This document shows positions 57,277-64,000 of a stretch of DNA of 64,000 bases, piece by piece; position 1 is the first letter of the stretch; every line of letters begins with the position of its first letter. The stretch is from Octopus sinensis (Eukaryota), in contig NC_043006.1 of assembly GCF_006345805.1 (NCBI RefSeq), forward strand, positions 78,492,001 through 78,556,000, in the 5' to 3' direction. The notes below the pieces were generated by a model, which was not told the DNA's origin, searched no databases, and was given only the letters and a program-made list of their open reading frames with translations. The translations under genes were made by a program, and so were the position numbers.

Positions 57277-57686
57277 ACTCTTTTACTTGTTTCAGTCATT
57301 TGACTGTGGCAATGTTGGAGCACTGCCTTTAATCAAGCAAATTCACTCCAGGACTTATTCTTTGTAAGCCTTGTACTTATTCTATCAGTCTCTTTTGCTG
57401 AACTGCTAAGTTACAGGGATGTAAACACACCAGCATTGGTTGTCAAGCGATGTTGGGGGGACAAACACCGACACACACACACACTCACACACATATATAT
57501 ATATTTATATATATATAGATACGACGGACTTCTTTCAGTTTCCGTCTACCAAATCCATTCACAAGGCTTTGGTTGGCCTGAGGCTAAATTAGAAGACACT
57601 TGCCAAAGGTGACATGCAGTGGGACTGAACCCAGAACCATATGGTTGGTAAGCAAGCTACTTACCACACAGCCACTCCTACACCTA
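57277..57686 (-). mobile_element. tRNA-SINE family B, CpG-deaminated copy
   Basis: Colinear with 3444-3860 but most CpGs read TpG or CpA. Confidence 0.85.
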
Positions 57687-57866
57687 TATATATATATATA
57701 TATATATCATTTAATGTCTATCCTCCGTGGTGGCTTAGATTGGATGGTTTGATGGGCAACTGGTGAATTGCATGACTGTGTTCTGTTCTAATATCATCTG
57801 TAGTATAGTTTCTATAGCTACATGTCCTTCCTAACAGCAACCACTTTACAGAGTGCACTGGATGTG

Positions 57867-58089
57867 TATGAGTGGGTGTTGAAAAGTTCCTGGCTTTGGG
57901 CAAAAGAAAATATGGGTGGATCACATAATTATGATTTTATTCAACATATTCCTTTCTCAGATTCACATACTTATTGCAGCAGTCCTTCAGTTTTTCCAAG
58001 TCCTGTAAAAGAACTCGGTAGGTTGGGCCCCAACCAAACCTTTTGCGATATCCATAATGCCAGGGACTTTTCAGTACCCTCCCATGTAT
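57867..58089. mobile_element. Mariner-derived MITE
   Basis: GGGTGTTGAAAAGTTCCTGGC / GCCAGGGACTTTTCAGTACCC inverted termini. Confidence 0.7.
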
Positions 58090-58142
58090 TTATGTGTGAG
58101 TATGTGTGTGTGTCTACATATATATATATATATATATATAAT

Positions 58143-58174
<32 letters not shown>

Positions 58175-58194
58175 GGTATACATATATATACATA

Positions 58195-58239
<45 letters not shown>

Positions 58240-58281
58240 GTAAATGTATACATTAATACATATATATACATACATATATAT

Positions 58282-58328
<47 letters not shown>

Positions 58329-58452
58329 GTGTGTATGTATATGTATACATACATACATCATGCAGACAAATCCATAAACCTACACACACACATTTACATA
58401 TACACATTAACTCACAAATACATGCGTATGTTATTACTCTTTGGTTTAGTGA

Positions 58453-58645
58453 AGACTCATGGCTCAGTGGTAAGAGCACCAGGTTCACAATCATGAGATA
58501 GTGAGTTCTATTTCTAGCCCAGGCTGTGTGTTGTGTTCTTGAGCAAGACACTTTATTTCATATTGCTTCAGTTCACTCAGCGGTAGAAATGGGTTGCGGT
58601 GTCACTGGTCTTTCCTTTTCCCTCGGATAACATCAGTGGTATGTA

Positions 58646-58676
<31 letters not shown>

Positions 58677-58810
58677 GTGGGGGGATACTATGCATGGACA
58701 ACTGCTGGTCTTAGATAAACCAGTTTGCATGGACTTGTACCTTGGAAGGGGAATTTTCTAAGGGATTGCACCTAGAAAATGGTCATTCATGACTGAAGGG
58801 GCTATTTACC
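58453..58810 (+). mobile_element. tRNA-SINE with CORE-like domain
   Basis: A-box TGGCTCAGTGG, then TTGTGTTCTTGAGCAAGACACTTTATTTC. Confidence 0.7.
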
Positions 58811-58930
58811 CATTCAGTGGTTTACTTTGCAGCCACATATTTTTTAAAATTTGTTCCTATTGAGTGTCAGAGTTAGCAAGTGAACTAATGCTTTGTGGCA
58901 TTGAGTTGATAAAAACTGTAAAAATGAGGA

Positions 58931-59162
58931 AGGCAGTGAGCTAGCAGAAACATTAGTACACCGGACGAAATGCTTAGCGTTATTTCATCTGCCACTACAT
59001 TCTGATTTCAAATTCTGCTGAGGTTGACTTTGCCTTTCATCCTTTCGGGGTCGATAAATTAAGTACCAGTTGCGCACTGGGGTCGATATAATCGAATTCA
59101 TCCGTTTGTCTGTCCTTGTTTGTCCTCTCTGTGTTTAGCCCCTTGTGGGCAATAAAGAAATA
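58931..59162 (+). mobile_element. Solo SINE family C with the array-type tail
   Basis: Same body and ...CCCCTTGTGGGCAATAAAGAAATA tail as the units at 31439-32940. Confidence 0.82.
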
Positions 59163-59440
59163 AAAAACTGTAAAAAGGACCATCATACATCGATACATGC
59201 ATACAAACAATCAGTCAGACAGACAGACAGACAGACAGACAGACAGGCAGACAAGATAAAGTATAACACGTCATATTTGTACCATCATAGTGATCAGCGG
59301 CACTATTGATATGAATATCTCTTTGAAAACCAAAGGAAAAGCGAATAATTATGAACAACTGCTTTGAAACATTATCTTCTATACTCAGGTAATAAGTTCA
59401 TATTTACACCAATAATAAGAGGTGCACTAGTTTACAGTAT

Positions 59441-59478
<38 letters not shown>

Positions 59479-59774
59479 TGGCCTGCTCGCTAAGCCAGCG
59501 GGGTGGCGTCATTTGAAGGCCAAAACAATGAGAAGCGCATTGTGACCAGCGACGTGTAGCAACATTTGATAGTCTGGTCGGTCACGGTGATACAAGGTGA
59601 TATATATATATATGTACATGTGTGTGGAGGGGTGCATACATTCATGTGCACAGAAACAAAGACATATGCACCAATCCACACACTTGCATATGCATAAACA
59701 TGTATATATGTGTGTATATTATATATATATTATATATATATATAAAGACACATACATATAGATATTATATATAA

Positions 59775-59814
<40 letters not shown>

Positions 59815-60175
59815 GACGTGAGCTTTTATATGTATATATCAATGTATATAGGCTTGTATGTGTGTGTGAGTGTATTTGTGTGTATGTGTATTTGTGTGTG
59901 TGCTTGTGCATGTGTGTGTCTTTGTGTGCGTGTGTGTGTGTGTGAGTGTGTGTGTGTGTGTGCATATCTTTTTATAACCTAATACATGCACTCACTCCTC
60001 TCATATACGTACACGCATGCATGCACAAACACAATCTTCCAACTTGAAATACAAGTTTCGTACAACATGACATATTACTCATCCTTCATAAAATGCCACT
60101 GAGTATCCAATGGCCCACACCAATAAACAGTGTACATGCAAAATAGATATAGCCTTTATATACAGAAAAAAATCA

Positions 60176-60220
<45 letters not shown>

Positions 60221-60225
60221 TATAT

Positions 60226-60384
60226 ATGCAGTGGGACTGAACCTGGAACTATGTGACCGTGAAGTAAACTTCTTACCACACAGCCATACCAGCACCTGTT
60301 AACCATGCCTGTGTGAGCATGTGTGCATATGTGTGTATGTATGTATATGTATGGAAAGCGGATGCTAAATGATGATGATGATGA

Positions 60385-60422
<38 letters not shown>

Positions 60423-60581
60423 TCATCATCATCATCATTTAGCATCCGCTTTCCATACATATACATACATACACACATATGCACACATGCTCACACAGGC
60501 ATGGTTAACAGGTGCTGGTATGGCTGTGTGGTAAGAAGTTTACTTCACAGTCACATAGTTCCAGGTTCAGTCCCACTGTAT
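60226..60581. repeat. Near-perfect palindrome (~160-bp arms) centred on (AT)n
   Basis: 60226-60386 is the reverse complement of 60421-60581 with two mismatches; the ORF track gives near-identical peptides on both strands. Confidence 0.92.
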
Positions 60582-60884
60582 GCCACCTTGGATAAGTGTC
60601 ACATAATATAACCCCAGATCGATCAAAGCCTTGTTAGTGGATTAGATTTAGTGTTGCTGATGTATTTGACATCAGACCAGACATCTTCATGCTTATCTTG
60701 TTCTCTTTCTCTCTGTGTTTATGTGTGTGAGTGAGCGCATTTCTCTTTGCGTGTATTAGGAGAGGAACATTTTTTATGTTAATCATGTTCAATTATTCAA
60801 TGGTTATGATTCCCTCTCCCCTATTTTCTCTCTCTCTCTCTCTCTCTCTCTCCCTCTCCCTCTCTCACATATATATATGTGTGT

Positions 60885-60922
<38 letters not shown>

Positions 60923-61911
60923 CCAGTATACGAAGTTTAAAAGTGTTTAGTTACAAAGAAATTATTTTAAAAATCTGTCGGTCAAAGTGAAAAAATCCGA
61001 TATTTCCAGCTGAACTCAATTTTAGTGACTTTATAAACTTGACAAGCAAAAGTAGCCTCCGTAGTGAAGTGGGAAAAATAGTCACTGGAAAGGTTGCGAA
61101 TGGTGACGAAAAAACTTTGACAAACAAAAGCAAAAACAAAAAAAGAACGATTGACTGTTTAACCAACTAGTTAAAGACACGATCGCTGAGTTAGCTGGTC
61201 AGATATTTAACCAATTGATTAATGATAAAAGAATGGAATTGAACCAGTGCGTATGTTATTAAAACTGGTTTAATGACCTTCCCAAGACACTACAAAACTT
61301 GACAAAGGCTTTTACTTTAATCTGTATTTTTCTGTTGTTGTTGTTGTTTTAGGGGCTGCGAGAAAGTATTCGTAGTTGTTTTATGATTTTTTCCTGGTCA
61401 TTCCATTTAGAGCTGAGCAGTTCTCTACATGCATGTAGAGCAGTTCTTGGTTTTCTTGTTAGGCCAATTCTCAAGCTACACACTTCTACACCGTAAGAAA
61501 TTGTTACCACAGAACAAAAGATTATTAAATAGAAGAACCCATCTTTTAACGATCAAAATGCATTTTGCCTTTTTAAAATGGAACATGCCCTAATCCCGGA
61601 AAGCTAACCAGATCAACTTAATTAGTAGAGTTAAATGATCAAGAAATATTTCATCATGAGATATTGTTTCATCTCAGCTGGTTGGATACCCTGGATTGCC
61701 ATCTCAGCCGACAACTGATGAAGAGTCGTTCTTTGTATTCTTTGTATTGTCTTGTTTTCCATATTTTTTCTCTCGTTATTTGCGTAATTAAATCATTTGT
61801 TTTCGTATTTCATGTTGTTTACTGTTGGTCACTCCTGTACCCATATATGCATAAGTATATATATATATTATATATATAATATATATATATATATTATATA
61901 TATATAAATAT

Positions 61912-61957
<46 letters not shown>

Positions 61958-61959
<2 letters not shown>

Positions 61960-62262
61960 AACAATTGCAGCGTGGAAGGTGTTTATAAGCCATTTAAGAA
62001 ACACACAAAAGCCGTTCGATTCACTTCAACATTTAAGTTTAATGTTCACTGACAAAGTCCGTGCTGCATCCTTTGTCAGTGAACAGGTCTCGGATTTTAG
62101 CGACGAAAATATTTTGACAAATTAAACTTAAATGTTGAAGTGAATCGAACGGCTTTTGTGCGTTTCTTAAATGGCTTACAAACACCTTCCACGCTGCAAT
62201 TGTTTTCGTTTCAGCACACGATCTCAGATCAAATTACTTGCTATGCGAGTACATCTCCGTAA
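61958..62262. mobile_element. Asymmetric inverted-repeat element, copy C, with hammerhead-like motif
   Basis: Same family as 9048-9336 and 13689-13940; sits between (TA)n runs; motif at 62073-62120. Confidence 0.65.
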
Positions 62263-62286
62263 AAAAAAAAAAAAAAAATAATATAT

Positions 62287-62325
<39 letters not shown>

Positions 62326-62329
62326 GGAA

Positions 62330-63032
62330 TGCAATGCAATGGACGCATGGAATCCATTGTAAGAAAAAGGCTGATCACGTTCCTAGAACACGCGTCAAGG
62401 CTGCTGTCTAGGAGGGAGCCGCCTCACACAGTTGCTGCAGCACTTTGACTTGGTACTGAAGCAACAACTAAACCAGTCAGCTGTAGGCGTGATATACCTC
62501 GACTTTGCCAAAGCTTTCCACAAGGTTGATCATGTCATGATATGTCACAAGCTGCGATACCTTGGTATTACCGGGAAACTAGGAGAGTGGCTGCATGATT
62601 TTCTGAAGGGCAGGAATCAGATAGTTGTAGCCAATGGTGCTCACTCAAGAGTTACCAATTCTCAGCGGAGTCCCACAGGGAACTGTACTGGAGCCACTAC
62701 TATTTATGGTGGCCCTCCCAGACATGCCTTCCGTGGTAGTCAGCCAATCTGACCAGTTATGCTGACGACACAAAAGTATCGCAGGCAGTTAGGCACCCAG
62801 AGGACATCATAAAACTGCAGAAAGACCTGAACGAAATCTACAAATGGGCTAACAAAAGTAACATGCAATTCAATGCCATGAAATTTCAGGCACTCCACTA
62901 TCGGTCCAACACCAGGCTAAAATCGGAATACACTGGACCAGAAGGTAATATGATCCCAGAGTCAGAGTCAGTGCGTGACCCGGTGGTACATATGAGCAAT
63001 GATGCAACATTCCATGTGCATATTACCAAGAC
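62330..63032 (+). pseudogene. CR1-clade LINE reverse-transcriptase fragment
   Basis: VIYLDFAKAFHKVDH...SGVPQGTVLEPLLF...YADDTKV...KLQKDLNEIYKWA..NMQFNAMKFQ, with frameshifts. Confidence 0.9.
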
Positions 63033-63157
63033 GGTGTGTGTGTGTGTTTGTATACATACTATATATATATATATATATATTATATATATGTATATACGTA
63101 TATATATATATATATATTATATATATATACATTATATATATATATATATATAGATAC

Positions 63158-63208
<51 letters not shown>

Positions 63209-63238
63209 ATATATAATATATATATATATGTATATACG

Positions 63239-63283
<45 letters not shown>

Positions 63284-63372
63284 TAAGGGTAGAAATTGAT
63301 ATTTATCAATTAAGACCAGTGGTCTAGCATATTAAAAAAGAATCCGAAGATTAAAATATTTATATATACCAA

Positions 63373-63790
63373 TAAGGACTTAACACGAAAAGTGGACAGT
63401 CAACATGCTAGATATAGACGTCAAATCGCCATTCACCACAAAAGATTATGTTCTCAGATCAAACTCAACACAAAACCATAGCAATAAACAAGTGAAAAAT
63501 ATACGAAATAAATATTTACCCATGTACTAAATTCAGTTTCGGCTGTTATTTTCCGCAAGGAAAACTGCAGCTATCATCAGCATGCTGAATAGCTGCAGTT
63601 TTCCTTGCGGAAAATAACAGCCGAAACTGAATTTAGTACATGGGTAAATATTTATTTCGTATATTTTTCACTTGTTTATTGCTATGGTTTTGTGTTGAGT
63701 TTGATCTGAGAACATAATCTTTTGTGGTGAATGGCGATTTGACGTCTATATCTAGCATGTTGACTGTCCACTTTTCGTGTTCAGTCCTTA
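63373..63790. mobile_element. Near-perfect 418-bp palindrome (Penelope-type inverted termini) in (TA)n
   Basis: Arms are reverse complements except one substitution and a 2-nt indel near the centre TCAGCATGCTGA; the left arm extends ~100 bp further. Confidence 0.85.
63521..63584 (-). ncRNA. Type I minimal hammerhead-ribozyme motif
   Basis: CATG-CTGATGA-TA-GCTG..TTTTCC(ttgc)GGAAAA..CAGC-C-GAAA-CTGAATTTAG-TA-CATG: conserved core, stem I CATG/CATG, near-palindromic stem III, GUA cleavage triplet. Confidence 0.62.
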
Positions 63791-63835
<45 letters not shown>

Positions 63836-64000
63836 GTATATACATATATACCCACACAGACACACATACACACACACACACACACATATATATAATCAAT
63901 ACCACATGTTTATTGCCTTATTGTATAATTTGAATATGTAGATTGATAGATAAATACATACGTACTTACATGCACACATACATAAATACATCCATACATC

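Noticed and set aside
60078-60153. Candidate upstream exon of gene 2 (LYLFCMYTVYWCGPLDTQWHFMKD)
   Set aside because: Weak splice sites, and its phase 2 end is incompatible with the phase-0 exon at 56611 unless an unseen exon intervenes.

Overview
AT-rich eukaryotic (metazoan) DNA, dense in microsatellites and short repeats. The SINE families and repeat landscape look like a coleoid cephalopod (Octopus); this is inferred, not database-confirmed. Almost every ORF in the supplied track is a microsatellite or repeat artefact. Manual reading of splice signals recovers two minus-strand multi-exon genes that the ORF track misses. Gene 1 is a plakin-domain (spectrin-repeat plus inserted SH3) gene with 9 well-supported internal exons (25159 to 4705), a probable ATG exon at 29194-29168 and the first 7 nt of a further exon at the window edge. 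It gives about 344 aa in frame and appears to lack the usual plakin N-terminus. Gene 2 is the 3' end of an unidentified gene (exons 56611-56558 and 44525-44454) in a CpG-depleted, probably gene-body-methylated domain. The rest is tRNA-derived SINEs (some young, with TSDs; one family forms a 184-bp tandem array), remnants of CRE, R4/Dong, RTE, CR1 and Penelope retroelements, mariner/Tc2/pogo MITEs and a non-autonomous Helitron. Several palindromic Penelope-type elements carry minimal hammerhead-ribozyme motifs, including a three-copy family with a compensatory G3-C8 core. Exon coordinates were counted by hand; repeat boundaries are approximate.
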